Origin: Myxococcales bacterium
GTDB lineage: Bacteria > Myxococcota_A > Polyangia > Fen-1088
Direction: 5' to 3'
Assembly (NCBI GenBank): GCA_003158395.1
Contig: PMIX01000081.1
Location: 1-50,954, forward strand
DNA: 50,954 bases
Shown here: in pieces, positions 1 through 8,693 of the stretch
Layout of the letters: each line of letters begins with the position of its first letter
Numbering within the stretch: position 1 is the first letter of the stretch
Made by a program: the position numbers and the translations under genes
Notes under the pieces: generated by a model
Told to the model about the DNA's origin: nothing
What the model saw: only the letters and a program-made list of their open reading frames with translations
Databases searched by the model: none

Positions 1-320
1 CAGCGTCCCGACACCTGCGGGTCGCATCCCTGCCCGCAAGTCAGCGACGACGCGCAGCCGAGGGCGGGATTGTGGCAAGCGAACCCCGCTCCGCCGCCTG
101 GCTCTTGGCAATCGTAGAGAATGGACCCAGATGGACAACAGGCAAGCCCAGCGTCGGAACTCGGCGTCGTCGAATCCAGGTTCGGCGGTCCATCCTTGTT
201 CGTCCCCGCGAGGGCATCATTATTGTTTGCGTCGCGGTTTGTGTCATTGCCATTGGGACAGGCAGCTATGAAGAGGCCGCCCGTGGCGAGAAGAAGCACG
301 TTGAATGGATGATTGCGCAT
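1..320 (-). CDS. Cys-rich lipoprotein, N-terminal part only (gene runs off the left edge)
   Basis: Absent from the ORF track because no stop lies inside the window. ATG at 320-318 is preceded by GGAGG about 5 nt upstream (rev-comp of 325-330). My hand translation MRNHPFNVLLLATGGLFIAACPNGND... has a lipobox (FIAAC), stays open to nt 1, and the mature part has many Cys. Confidence 0.6.
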   Translation of the reverse strand, partial: MRNHPFNVLLLATGGLFIAACPNGNDTNRDANNNDALAGTNKDGPPNLDSTTPSSDAGLACCPSGSILYDCQEPGGGAGFACHNPALGCASSLTCGQGCDPQVSGR

Positions 321-674
321 GGAATCCTCCGTCTACTGTTCTGCCAGTGCAAACCTCATGCCTGTTATGGCAGCGGCGAACAGGCGATGCTTCCTTAGCT
401 ATCTGATGCTCCTTGTTGCACCGTGGCCTCAGAATTCTGTTGAGGCGGGGAGCGTTGGACGCAGACCGTGAAACCGCGGTTCCGGCTTTGGCATCCAACT
501 TAGATCCCTTCAGGGGGTGTCGATGGTGCGCTGCAAACTGTTGGGCCGCAGCGGCCGGCGTGTTCGTGGTTGGGCAAAAGACAGTTAGCACGGTCTCTTG
601 CTCCCCGAGGCGCATCGGTCAGCACGGAAGAATCCTGTGTGCGCCGGAAAGTTGGCACGTAAGATAGGGGCCCA

Positions 675-1619
675 ATGAATGAGCCAGTTCGAATTGCCAT
701 CGTGGGCGCCGGCAACGTCGGTGCCACCTTCGCCTACTCGCTCGTGCTGAGCGGCCTGGCCAGCGAGATTGTTCTGATCGACGCGGATCAGGCTCGCGCC
801 GAAGGCCAGGCCATGGACCTCGACCACGCGGTTCCCTTCAATCAAGCGGTCCGGGTGTGGGCGGGTACCTATGATGATTGCAAAGGGGCGTTGGTCACCA
901 TGGTTTCGGCTGGCGCCAGCCAGCGACCGGGCGAGGGCCGCATGGACCTGCTCAGGCGCAACATTGCTGTCCTTCGCAACGTCGTCGGCGAAATCGCCAT
1001 GGTCAATCCGGAAGGCATCATTCTGGTGGCCACGAACCCGGTCGACGTCCTAACCTACGCAGCCCACAAGATTTCCGGGCTCAGCCGCAGGCGCGTGTTC
1101 GGATCAGGAACGATCCTGGACACCGCCCGGTTTCGCACCCTGTTGGCCAACTATTTCGATGTCGACCCACGCAGCCTGCACGCACACATCATAGGCGAGC
1201 ATGGTGACAGTGAGGTTCCGGTGTGGTCCCTGGCCAACATCGCGGGAGTCCGGTTCGCCGACCTCGCTGGCGAAGGCTGGCCCAAGGTCGAAGCCCGCGC
1301 GATGGAGGAGATCTTCCTCAAGACGCGGGACGCGGCCTCCCACATCATCGAGCGCAAGGGCGCGACCTACTATGCGGTCGCCTCGGGGCTGCTGCGCATC
1401 GTGGAGGCCGTCGTGCGCGACCAAAGTACGGTCTTGTCGGTGTCGAGCCTCCTCACCGGACAGTATGGCTTGTCCGACGTGTGCCTCAGTTTGCCGACCG
1501 TCATCAACCGGCGCGGCGTGGCCAGGGTCTTGCAGCTCAATCTTGACGAAAACGAGATCGAAAAACTCACCCGCTCCGCGAAGATCTTGTCGGCCAGCAT
1601 CGCAGAGCTGGGGCTGTAG
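675..1619 (+). CDS. ldh: L-lactate dehydrogenase
   Basis: Rossmann motif IAIVGAGNVGA, substrate loop SAGASQRPGE (Gln typical of LDH rather than LDH-like MDH), and IGEHGDSEVPVWS active-site signature. Strong G/C third-position bias. Confidence 0.9.
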   Translation: MNEPVRIAIVGAGNVGATFAYSLVLSGLASEIVLIDADQARAEGQAMDLDHAVPFNQAVRVWAGTYDDCKGALVTMVSAGASQRPGEGRMDLLRRNIAVLRNVVGEIAMVNPEGIILVATNPVDVLTYAAHKISGLSRRRVFGSGTILDTARFRTLLANYFDVDPRSLHAHIIGEHGDSEVPVWSLANIAGVRFADLAGEGWPKVEARAMEEIFLKTRDAASHIIERKGATYYAVASGLLRIVEAVVRDQSTVLSVSSLLTGQYGLSDVCLSLPTVINRRGVARVLQLNLDENEIEKLTRSAKILSASIAELGL

Positions 1620-1646
1620 TCTATCGCCTCGGGCCGAGGCAGGCGT

Positions 1647-2222
1647 TCACGCAGACGTGGCATCGTCGGTTGAACTGGCCTCGGCGGCGCCGGCCTCGGT
1701 GGGCATTGGTTCCGCGGAGACTTCCGTCGCGCCGCCATCTTCGCCGGCATCGCTCGTTTGCACGGCGGGCTCACCCTGCCCGGCGTCTCCGCTTCCGTCA
1801 TTATTCAGCCCCGGCGTGGCATCAGACGGGGCATCCGCGGCATCCCCGGCGACGAAAACTCCACTCGCGTCGCGAGGGAGATCAGCCACATCCGTCCTAT
1901 CCAGGGAAGCGTCCCGCCCGTCGGGTCGCTGATCTTGCGCAGCATCGACGATGCCCGCGTCTGCCACCTCCTGGCCCGCATCTCGATAGCCCAGCTCTGG
2001 ACCGCCCAACTCTAGACTGCCCAGATCCGGCAAGGTATCCACACTGACCTTGTCGATGGCTGCGTCAACGTGTGCGTCGATAGGTGCGTCGATGCGTGCG
2101 TCGATGGATGCGGGCGAGTCGGCGCCCCTATCGGGGCCCCTCGCTGCGTCGATTGGCCACCGATAGGCCGGATTGGATCTTCGGCATCCGGTCCCAGCCA
2201 TCCCGATAAGCATCGCCAGCAT
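1647..2222 (-). CDS. acidic Asp/Ala-rich lipoprotein (hypothetical)
   Basis: The ORF-track entry 1647..2588 overlaps the divergent PEGA gene. Internal ATG at 2222 gives MLAMLIGMAGTGC (lipobox). The rest is a very acidic low-complexity protein with (I/V)DAx repeats. Confidence 0.55.
   Translation of the reverse strand: MLAMLIGMAGTGCRRSNPAYRWPIDAARGPDRGADSPASIDARIDAPIDAHVDAAIDKVSVDTLPDLGSLELGGPELGYRDAGQEVADAGIVDAAQDQRPDGRDASLDRTDVADLPRDASGVFVAGDAADAPSDATPGLNNDGSGDAGQGEPAVQTSDAGEDGGATEVSAEPMPTEAGAAEASSTDDATSA
2047..2106. repeat. in-frame 12-nt tandem repeat (about 5 units, 3 near-perfect: gtgcgtcgatNN)
   Basis: Read directly: 2071-2082 gtgcgtcgatag, 2083-2094 gtgcgtcgatgc, 2095-2106 gtgcgtcgatgg, with degenerate units upstream. 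It encodes SIDARIDAPIDAHVDAAID on the minus strand. Confidence 0.75.
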
Positions 2223-2320
2223 CACCCAAGAACTGCGTTCTCGTATCAAGCCAGACCTCCGTCGGCAAGGTTTTGCGTATCTTACCAGCAATGATGTCGG
2301 GCGGGACGATTCCTTGTACA

Positions 2321-3331
2321 ATGTCCCCTTCGATGCTGACCCTGGTGCGTCTCTGTACTCTCTGCTGCTTGACCACCGTGCTGGCGCGCCCCGCCCACGC
2401 CCAGCTGGATGCGATCGGCACCCAAAGGGTGGCCGTGGCCCGCCTGGAGTTCGAGGGAAGGATACCCAAAGGCCTTCAACAGCTCTTTGCTCGCCGCCTG
2501 CTCGAGGGCTTGTCTGCCGTGCATTTCGAGGTGCTATCAGAGGATGACGTGCAGAAGACACTGGTTGGCCCCAACCTGCCCCTGGCAAGCTGTCGGGACG
2601 CCTCTTGTTTTCCGGCCATGGCTTCCGCGCTGTCTGCGAGCTACCTCATCAATGCCAAGGTCAGCGAAAGCAACAAGACCTACGTGGTGACCATGGACAT
2701 CATCAATGGACGGACCGGCGCCGTTCTCGGCAGCAATCGCGAACGGTGCGAAACCTGCGGCGTGGAAGAAGCGGGCGAGAAGATGGGATTGGCAGCCTCC
2801 GCCTTGCGCGAAAGGCTGGAGACCGTGGCGCGAGCACCCGCCCGCTTTGTTGTGAGGTCCCGTCCGGCCTCTGCCGCGGTGGTGCTGGATGGCAAGAGTG
2901 TCGGCGTCACGCCCCTCGATGTGGAGCTGGCTGGAGGTATGCACCACCTGCGCTTGCTCATGCGCGGCTATGACACGCTGGAGCGGACCTTCACAGTGGT
3001 CAGCGGTGTGGACGAGAGCATGGACCTGGAGCTGGTGGCCATCCCTTCGCACTTCCCCTATCGCACAGCGGGACTTGCCACCTTGGCCGGCGGGGTGGTC
3101 TTGCTGGCCAGTGGCCTGATCACGCTGACTTTCGACCGCAAGGAAGTCGGCTGCACGGCCCAAAACAAGGACCCGGATGGTCATTGTCCGTGGGTCCTTT
3201 CCACCAAGTGGTGGGGGGCGGCCATGCTGGGTGTGGGCGCTGTGGCCGCCACCCTGGGGGGTGCTTTTCTCTACGTCGCACCACGCTCGGGCACCACCAT
3301 GTTGGGCGCGGGCCTGACCCGGACCTTCTAG
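2321..3331 (+). CDS. PEGA domain-containing membrane protein
   Basis: Signal peptide MSPSMLTLVRLCTLCCLTTVLARPAHA-Q from ATG 2321 (alternative starts 2273 TTG, 2291 ATG). PEGA-like block VVLDGKSVGVTPLDVELAGGMHHLRLLMRGYDTLERTFTV. Two C-terminal hydrophobic helices. Confidence 0.75.
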   Translation: MSPSMLTLVRLCTLCCLTTVLARPAHAQLDAIGTQRVAVARLEFEGRIPKGLQQLFARRLLEGLSAVHFEVLSEDDVQKTLVGPNLPLASCRDASCFPAMASALSASYLINAKVSESNKTYVVTMDIINGRTGAVLGSNRERCETCGVEEAGEKMGLAASALRERLETVARAPARFVVRSRPASAAVVLDGKSVGVTPLDVELAGGMHHLRLLMRGYDTLERTFTVVSGVDESMDLELVAIPSHFPYRTAGLATLAGGVVLLASGLITLTFDRKEVGCTAQNKDPDGHCPWVLSTKWWGAAMLGVGAVAATLGGAFLYVAPRSGTTMLGAGLTRTF

Positions 3332-3346
3332 GGCATTCTCCAGTCG

Positions 3347-5587
3347 CTACTTCCCCAGTCGGGCCTGCACGCGACCGAGACGGGCCTTCACTCCCTCATC
3401 CTGGGGCGATAGGGCGCGGGCGCGCTCATAGGAGGCAAGGGCTCTGTCGTAGCGTAGCAACTTGAAGTAGGCGTCACCCAAGATGACGTGATAGCGGGGT
3501 ATCTGGGGACGAAAGGCAACCGCCCGCCGGGCGTAGTCCAATGCGTCCGTGTAGCGGGCACGTTCAAAGGCCACCTCGGCCAAGCCGGCGATCGCTTCTG
3601 GATTCGTGGGGTCTGCGCGGATGGCGCGGTCAAAGGCAGTCTCGGCGCCATTCAGGTTACCCTGCGCCAGGGCCTCCTTTCCCTCGTTGGCGGCGTGCGC
3701 GGCGCGAACGCGATCACGCGGCGACTCCTCGGGCATCTCGGCGCCGGCCTTCTTGGGCGCGGGCTTGGCCGCCTGAGACGTGTCTTCAAGCGATGGCCCC
3801 GGTTCCGCAGGGACCGGGCTTTTCGCCCTTTCCTGCGCCACCGAATCCTTGGGATCGAGCTCGGAAACGACCTGGTAGGTGAGCCTGGCGTCCGCCCGTT
3901 TGCCGCTGTCCCATTGCTCTTGCGCTCGTTTGCGAAAATCATCCGACAGGCGGGCGACCTGGCTCCCTTGCTTGTCTACTTCCAGCAGCCTCGTCAGATG
4001 GGTCCAAGCCCTGGTGAAATGGCCGCTGGTTACCGCTGAAAACAGGTTCGCGGCTGCGCTGCGGGCCAGGTCCTCATCGGACGTTTTCGGCGCAGCCGAC
4101 GCAGCTTCTGCCTTGTCTCCCACGCGGCGGGAGTCGGTGGTTTTCCCGGCCCGCGCGCGCAGTTCCGTGTCGCCGGGGAGGAAGCGCAGGGCTTCGCGAA
4201 AGCGCAGCCCCGCCAGGTCGGAGAGGCCCGCTGCCATAAGGGCGTTGCCCAGACTGCGGAATTGATTGCCATAGATGCGGCGCAAAGAAGCGGCTCCCCC
4301 CGAGGTCGTGCCGAGCCGCTGCGCCTCCTTCTCCGCCCATTCGATATTGCGCAGGACGGATTGTTCAATGGGCTGAAAGTACTGCTCGGCCTCAGCGGCA
4401 GCGGCGGCCTTGCGCAGGAATGGCGCCACGGTTTCAGCCTCGTCGGTCTTGGTAATCTCCACAAACACCGGCGTGTACGCGACGATTTCGTGCGGCGGCC
4501 GCAGACCGAAGAATAGCGCCGCGCCTAGTCCTACCGCCGCCACCAGAGCCAGCCCCAAGGCCAGGCGGCGCAGGCGGCGCGAGCGCGGAGAGGGCATCTT
4601 GTCGGCCAGCTTCTTCCGCCAGTCTTCGTCCACGTCGGGCAGTTCAAGGTCGTCCCAGTCTGTCTGCACCCTCGCTGCGATCTGCGCTTCACAGAGCATG
4701 GCCTCGACCACCGCCATGCTCTGGGGCCGCTCCGCCGGATTCTTCTCCAACATCTGCAGCACCAGCGTTTCCAGCTCCGCCGGGATCTGTGCTCCGGGCG
4801 CGCGTTGTCGGAGGGGCTGGGGTTTGTCGGTGATGTGCTGGGCAACCGTGACCATCACATCCTTGTTCCAGAATGGACTGGCGCCGGTGAGCATCTCGTA
4901 GGCCATGGCCCCGAGCGAATAGATATCGCTCCGGTGGTCGTAGCCCTTGCCCCGGATGCGCTCGGGGGCCAGGTAGTCTGGGGTACCGAACACGCTGTCC
5001 GCGGCGGCCATGCCTTCGGGCGGAGGTTCGACGCTGATCAGCCCGGCGATGCCAAAATCCACGACCTTGACCAGGTCGCGACGGCGGCCGCTTTTCGCCA
5101 ACATGATATTGTCAGGCTTCACGTCCAGGTGAACGATGCCCTTGCCATGGGCGGCACCCAGCGCCTTGCACACCTGACGCAAGATCGCGATGCTCCGCTC
5201 GATCCCGATCGGCTCGTCCCCCTCCAACTCGCGGCGCAGGGTAGGCCCCTCGATATACTCCATGACGAAGAAGACCTGGCCGTCCGGCAACTGGCCAAAG
5301 TCCGTCACATCACAGATGTTGGGATTGCCGATCTTCGAGGCCGCGCGCGCTTCTTGCCGGAAATGTTCGACGGCCTTGGGGTCGCGTGCTTTGGCCGCGA
5401 GCAGGGTCTTGAGCGCCACGCGCTTCTCCAAGTCCACGTGTTCGGCCAGATAGACCGCGCCCATGGCGCCCGTGCCCACACGCGTGACAATGCGATAGCG
5501 CGTGCCAGGAATAATCTCGCCCGGCGGCAGCATGGGTTGCATGCCGCCCGTGGCGTGACGATTCCGTTGCGCCGAGGGTCGTTCCAC
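3347..5587 (-). CDS. Ser/Thr protein kinase with TM segment and C-terminal TPR repeats
   Basis: Hanks motifs GTGAMGAVY, VALK, HLDVKPDN (non-RD), DFG and APE. A hydrophobic helix (LALGLALVAAVGLGAALFF) follows. The C-terminal region is TPR-like (AIAGLAEVAFERARYTDALDYARRAV...). Confidence 0.9.
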   Translation of the reverse strand: MERPSAQRNRHATGGMQPMLPPGEIIPGTRYRIVTRVGTGAMGAVYLAEHVDLEKRVALKTLLAAKARDPKAVEHFRQEARAASKIGNPNICDVTDFGQLPDGQVFFVMEYIEGPTLRRELEGDEPIGIERSIAILRQVCKALGAAHGKGIVHLDVKPDNIMLAKSGRRRDLVKVVDFGIAGLISVEPPPEGMAAADSVFGTPDYLAPERIRGKGYDHRSDIYSLGAMAYEMLTGASPFWNKDVMVTVAQHITDKPQPLRQRAPGAQIPAELETLVLQMLEKNPAERPQSMAVVEAMLCEAQIAARVQTDWDDLELPDVDEDWRKKLADKMPSPRSRRLRRLALGLALVAAVGLGAALFFGLRPPHEIVAYTPVFVEITKTDEAETVAPFLRKAAAAAEAEQYFQPIEQSVLRNIEWAEKEAQRLGTTSGGAASLRRIYGNQFRSLGNALMAAGLSDLAGLRFREALRFLPGDTELRARAGKTTDSRRVGDKAEAASAAPKTSDEDLARSAAANLFSAVTSGHFTRAWTHLTRLLEVDKQGSQVARLSDDFRKRAQEQWDSGKRADARLTYQVVSELDPKDSVAQERAKSPVPAEPGPSLEDTSQAAKPAPKKAGAEMPEESPRDRVRAAHAANEGKEALAQGNLNGAETAFDRAIRADPTNPEAIAGLAEVAFERARYTDALDYARRAVAFRPQIPRYHVILGDAYFKLLRYDRALASYERARALSPQDEGVKARLGRVQARLGK

Positions 5588-5667
5588 GTGGGGTCCGAGT
5601 CTTGCGAGCGCCGGAGAAAGACACCGGTCGCCGCATGTTATGCTATCACGGCAGGGCCGCGGGCGAA

Positions 5668-5832
5668 CTAGTGCCTCCGGTCAAAACTTCGGCCACGTTT
5701 GGGCGGCCGATCCATCCCGGCCGGCTGCGTTGCTCCTCGGTTACATACGTCAAGTATGCGCCCTCGTCGCGCCTTGCCGTCCGGGCGCCTCGTCCACCGA
5801 AACATGACCGCTCTTCTGACCGGAGGCACTAG
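5668..5832. repeat. perfect 16-bp inverted repeat (ctagtgcctccggtca / tgaccggaggcactag) bracketing 133 bp
   Basis: Read directly: left arm 5668-5683, right arm 5817-5832. It lies in the 330-bp intergenic region between sixA (stop 5918) and the kinase start (5587). Confidence 0.85.
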
Positions 5833-5917
5833 CCGCACTGCAAATTCGTTCTCACAAGGCCCGCTCCCTGGCGACCGGTACCTAATCCTTCTTGTGAACC
5901 AGCGCGGGCGGCCACAC

Positions 5918-6454
5918 TCAGCGTTCGTCCTTCGGGTTGAAGATCGAGCGCAGGGTACCGGCGGTTTCGAGATCGAGCTCGGACCAGCTTTCGATGGGCA
6001 GGGAACATTCCGCGAGCGCGGTCGTCGCGAGCTCGACGCGTTCACCGGTTAGGTTCGAGACCAAGTTCTCGAGGCCCGGGTTGTGCCCGACTACCATCAC
6101 TCGCTCAGACGATCTTGCGTGCGCGCGGATCTCGCGAAGGATCGCGGCCGGCCCGGCGAGGTAGAGCGCATCCAGAAAATCGACGGGGCCCGAGAGCTTC
6201 CCGCCCAGAGCGAAGAACTCGAGCGTCTCACGCGCGCGCGTCGCAGTCGAACAAAGCACGCGGTCGGGGAGGAGATTCCGCTCGCGGGCGAGCTCGCCCA
6301 TGCGGCGAGCATCCTTTCGGCCGCGTGGGGTGAGCGTGCGCTCCTTGTCCGAGACGGGCTCGTCACGGTCGGACTTCGAGTGCCGGAGAATAGAGAGTAT
6401 CCGCACGCGTCCATGGTCCGCCGGGCCGCCTCCGGATGCAATCCCGAAGGGCAT
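5918..6454 (-). CDS. sixA: histidine phosphatase family protein, SixA-like phosphohistidine phosphatase
   Basis: Motifs ILRHSKS (RHx catalytic motif), LTPRGRKDA, STATRARET and VVGHNPG. Alternative GTG start at 6406. Confidence 0.8.
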   Translation of the reverse strand: MPFGIASGGGPADHGRVRILSILRHSKSDRDEPVSDKERTLTPRGRKDARRMGELARERNLLPDRVLCSTATRARETLEFFALGGKLSGPVDFLDALYLAGPAAILREIRAHARSSERVMVVGHNPGLENLVSNLTGERVELATTALAECSLPIESWSELDLETAGTLRSIFNPKDER

Positions 6455-6542
6455 CCCGAGGAGCGGGCGTCCAGGGCGGTGCTACGGTCGTGAACGGGGT
6501 TTTCCAATGACGGAAGCGAGGCGCGGAGTTTAGGCTGCGCGC

Positions 6543-7721
6543 ATGAACCCGAGCAGCCTGTCTTTTGCGTTGGTGACGATATCTCTGGGAACGGCCGTGG
6601 CGTCGAGCGCGGAGGCGACGCCTGCCGCGCTCGGTGTCACGTATGCCGGCTGGAGGGGAGAGTACGGCAACGCGGACCGCAAGCTGGCCACATTCAAGGA
6701 GATCGGATTCCGAATCGTCTCGTTCGTGCCCACTTACGCCTACACGGGGCTGAACAAGATCGATCTGGCCACCGGCCCCGACGCCGCCGAGCTGGCCAAG
6801 GCGGTCGGGGCCGCGGCGCGCATGGGGTTCGCCGTCGTGATCAAGCCGCACCTGGACCCGCTGCTCTACCGTCCCGGCTTCGATCCCTTCCAGTCGGAAA
6901 ACCAGAGCTGGCGCGTGAGCTGTCCCTGGCGCGGCTTCTTCGATGTGGACCCGATGGGCGACGACTACAGAAGCGGCGTCGTGTTCGCGTCGCTGCGCGC
7001 GGTGAGGACGGCGATCGACAACCTGGGCGGCGCGCTCGCCGCGCCCGTTCGCCTGGAGTTGGGCGCCGAGCTCATGAACTCCATGGTGTACAACCCCGCG
7101 CGCTGGGTGGAGCTGCTCGCCGCTGCGAAGAAGGAGCGCCACCGCCTGGGACTCGACAAGGCCGTCGCGGTATCGCACAACTTCACCCACCACCTCGAGA
7201 TCCCCGAAGACTTCGTGGCGCGTATGAGCCCCGCCGGAAAACGTGCGCTCGGGCGCTACATCCGCGGCCTCGACGCGCTCGCCCTGTCGCAGTATATGGA
7301 CCTCACCGCGGCCATACCTGCCGTCGAGCGCGGGACCCGCCTGCCCACCGCCGACGAGATCGCGCAGGCCCTGGTGCTGCACGAGAAGAACTTCAGGCGG
7401 CAGATCCTGGTCGGCGCCCTGGGCCTGCGCCCCACTGAGATCCCGCCCCTGCACATCGGCGAGTACGGCGTCGGGCGCGGAGGTCTCCGCCACCCGAACC
7501 TGTGGGCGGGCGACGCCACGCCCGCCCAGGAGAAGGAGCTGGCGCTGCAGATCGCGCGCGGCCACGAGGGCCTGGTGCGCTACTTGGCGCTGCCCGACGG
7601 TCGCACTGTCCAGAGCGCGGTTCTGTGGGTCACCGGCCCCCACTACGACATCTTCGGCTGGGGAAACCAGAAACACGCGATCCCCGAGGCGGCCGCCGCG
7701 ATCAAGGCGGGCTTGCGCTGA
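6543..7721 (+). CDS. secreted hypothetical protein (possibly TIM-barrel glycosidase-like)
   Basis: Signal peptide MNPSSLSFALVTISLGTAVASSAEA and strong G/C third-position bias on the plus strand. The larger antisense ORF 6363..7802 translates to Arg/Gly/Ala-rich junk. Functional assignment is weak. Confidence 0.55.
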   Translation: MNPSSLSFALVTISLGTAVASSAEATPAALGVTYAGWRGEYGNADRKLATFKEIGFRIVSFVPTYAYTGLNKIDLATGPDAAELAKAVGAAARMGFAVVIKPHLDPLLYRPGFDPFQSENQSWRVSCPWRGFFDVDPMGDDYRSGVVFASLRAVRTAIDNLGGALAAPVRLELGAELMNSMVYNPARWVELLAAAKKERHRLGLDKAVAVSHNFTHHLEIPEDFVARMSPAGKRALGRYIRGLDALALSQYMDLTAAIPAVERGTRLPTADEIAQALVLHEKNFRRQILVGALGLRPTEIPPLHIGEYGVGRGGLRHPNLWAGDATPAQEKELALQIARGHEGLVRYLALPDGRTVQSAVLWVTGPHYDIFGWGNQKHAIPEAAAAIKAGLR

Positions 7722-7864
7722 GGAGACAGGCGAGTCGAATCGCTCCGCCGAAAGCTCGAGGTCGCCGTGGAGCACAGAGTGGGTGGCATGGCTCCGTAGC
7801 ACCTACACCAGCTCGGGTCGGTGTATCGCGCGGACTGAAACAAGACGCGGTACACTCATGATGC

Positions 7865-8659
7865 ATGATAGGCATAGTTGTTGATCGGGCGCGGCGAGGG
7901 TCGGCAACGCGACGTCGGGCGCGGGCTGGGGCGGGGTGGGCGTTGGCCGTGCTGCTCCTGGCGACTGCTGGGCCGTCCCGGGCGGAGGACCCCAAGCAGG
8001 AAGCGAAGGCGCGTTACACCACCGGGCAGAGCCACTACAACCTGAACGAGTTTCAGGAGGCTTTGCAGGATTTCAAGGAGGCCTACCGCCTCTTCCCCGA
8101 TCCGGTCTTCCTGTTCAACGTCGCCCAGTGCGAGCGGCAGCTTGGCAACCTGGATGAGGCGATCAAGTTCTACCGCAGCTACCTGCGCAACAAACCGAAA
8201 GCGCCCAATCGCCAGGAGGTTCTGCGGCGGATCGATGAAATGCAGGCCGTGATCGATGCAAAGAAGTCGGCATCCGAAAAGCCGCCCCTGAACCTGGTGC
8301 CGCCAGCCGCGGGGGACGAGCCCCGCTTGCCTGCCCCCGCGCCGACGGCAGCGCCCACGGCGGCGCCGGCCGTGTCGGCTCCGACACCGGCGGTCGCGCC
8401 GGCCGCGCCAGCACCGCCCGTGCCACCTCCCGCGGTCGAGCCCCCCGACACGCAGGGCGCCACGGCCGCGCGCACTGACCTTGTCGCCCAGACCTCATCG
8501 CCAGCTCCAGCGGCAGCCCCTGCGTTCTACCAGCGTTGGTGGGTCTGGACGGCCGCAGCGGTGGTGGTGGTCGGCGTGGGCGTCGGTGTGTACGCGGCCA
8601 CGTCACGGGGTGGAAATGGAGCGCCCAGCGCCACGTTGGGCACGCAGCCTGTCTTCTAA
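7865..8659 (+). CDS. TPR-repeat protein with Pro/Ala-rich linker and C-terminal TM anchor
   Basis: N-terminal signal (WALAVLLLATAGPSRAED). TPR-like block YNLNEFQEALQDFKEAYRLFPDP...LGNLDEAIKFYRSYL. A Pro/Ala linker is followed by the hydrophobic helix WWVWTAAAVVVVGVGVGVYAA. Confidence 0.75.
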   Translation: MIGIVVDRARRGSATRRRARAGAGWALAVLLLATAGPSRAEDPKQEAKARYTTGQSHYNLNEFQEALQDFKEAYRLFPDPVFLFNVAQCERQLGNLDEAIKFYRSYLRNKPKAPNRQEVLRRIDEMQAVIDAKKSASEKPPLNLVPPAAGDEPRLPAPAPTAAPTAAPAVSAPTPAVAPAAPAPPVPPPAVEPPDTQGATAARTDLVAQTSSPAPAAAPAFYQRWWVWTAAAVVVVGVGVGVYAATSRGGNGAPSATLGTQPVF

Positions 8660-8693
8660 GCCCCCGGGGTTGTCTTCCTCGTCAAGGCCTCCC

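Noticed and set aside
165-190. tcgaatccaggttcgg, reminiscent of a tRNA T-arm
   Set aside because: No acceptor, D or anticodon stems can be built around it, and it lies inside the edge lipoprotein coding frame.
652-668. TGGCACG motif upstream of ldh (also TGGCAT at 489-503) resembling a sigma-54 -24 element
   Set aside because: The -12 element at the required spacing is ATAG (or TTAG) instead of TTGC, so the essential GC dinucleotide is missing in both cases.
1201-1932. 243-aa plus ORF and several 100-140-aa ORFs overlapping ldh and the acidic lipoprotein gene
   Set aside because: They are alternative frames of clearly assigned genes with Arg/Ser/Pro-rich translations. No independent support.
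6363-7802. 479-aa minus-strand ORF, longer than the plus-strand gene it overlaps
   Set aside because: The plus frame (6543-7721) has a signal peptide and G/C-dominated third positions. The minus translation is low-complexity (R/G/A/L/V) without start context. Treated as a high-GC artefact.
8481-8693. N-terminal extensions in the ORF track: 8481 for the giant lipoprotein, 25648 for the PDZ lipoprotein, 36528 for the secreted protein, 2223-2588 for the acidic lipoprotein, 25210-25434 for the CarboxypepD_reg lipoprotein
   Set aside because: Each extension overlaps a well-supported neighbouring gene and precedes an internal start that yields a proper signal peptide or lipobox. The extensions translate to Arg/Pro-rich sequence.
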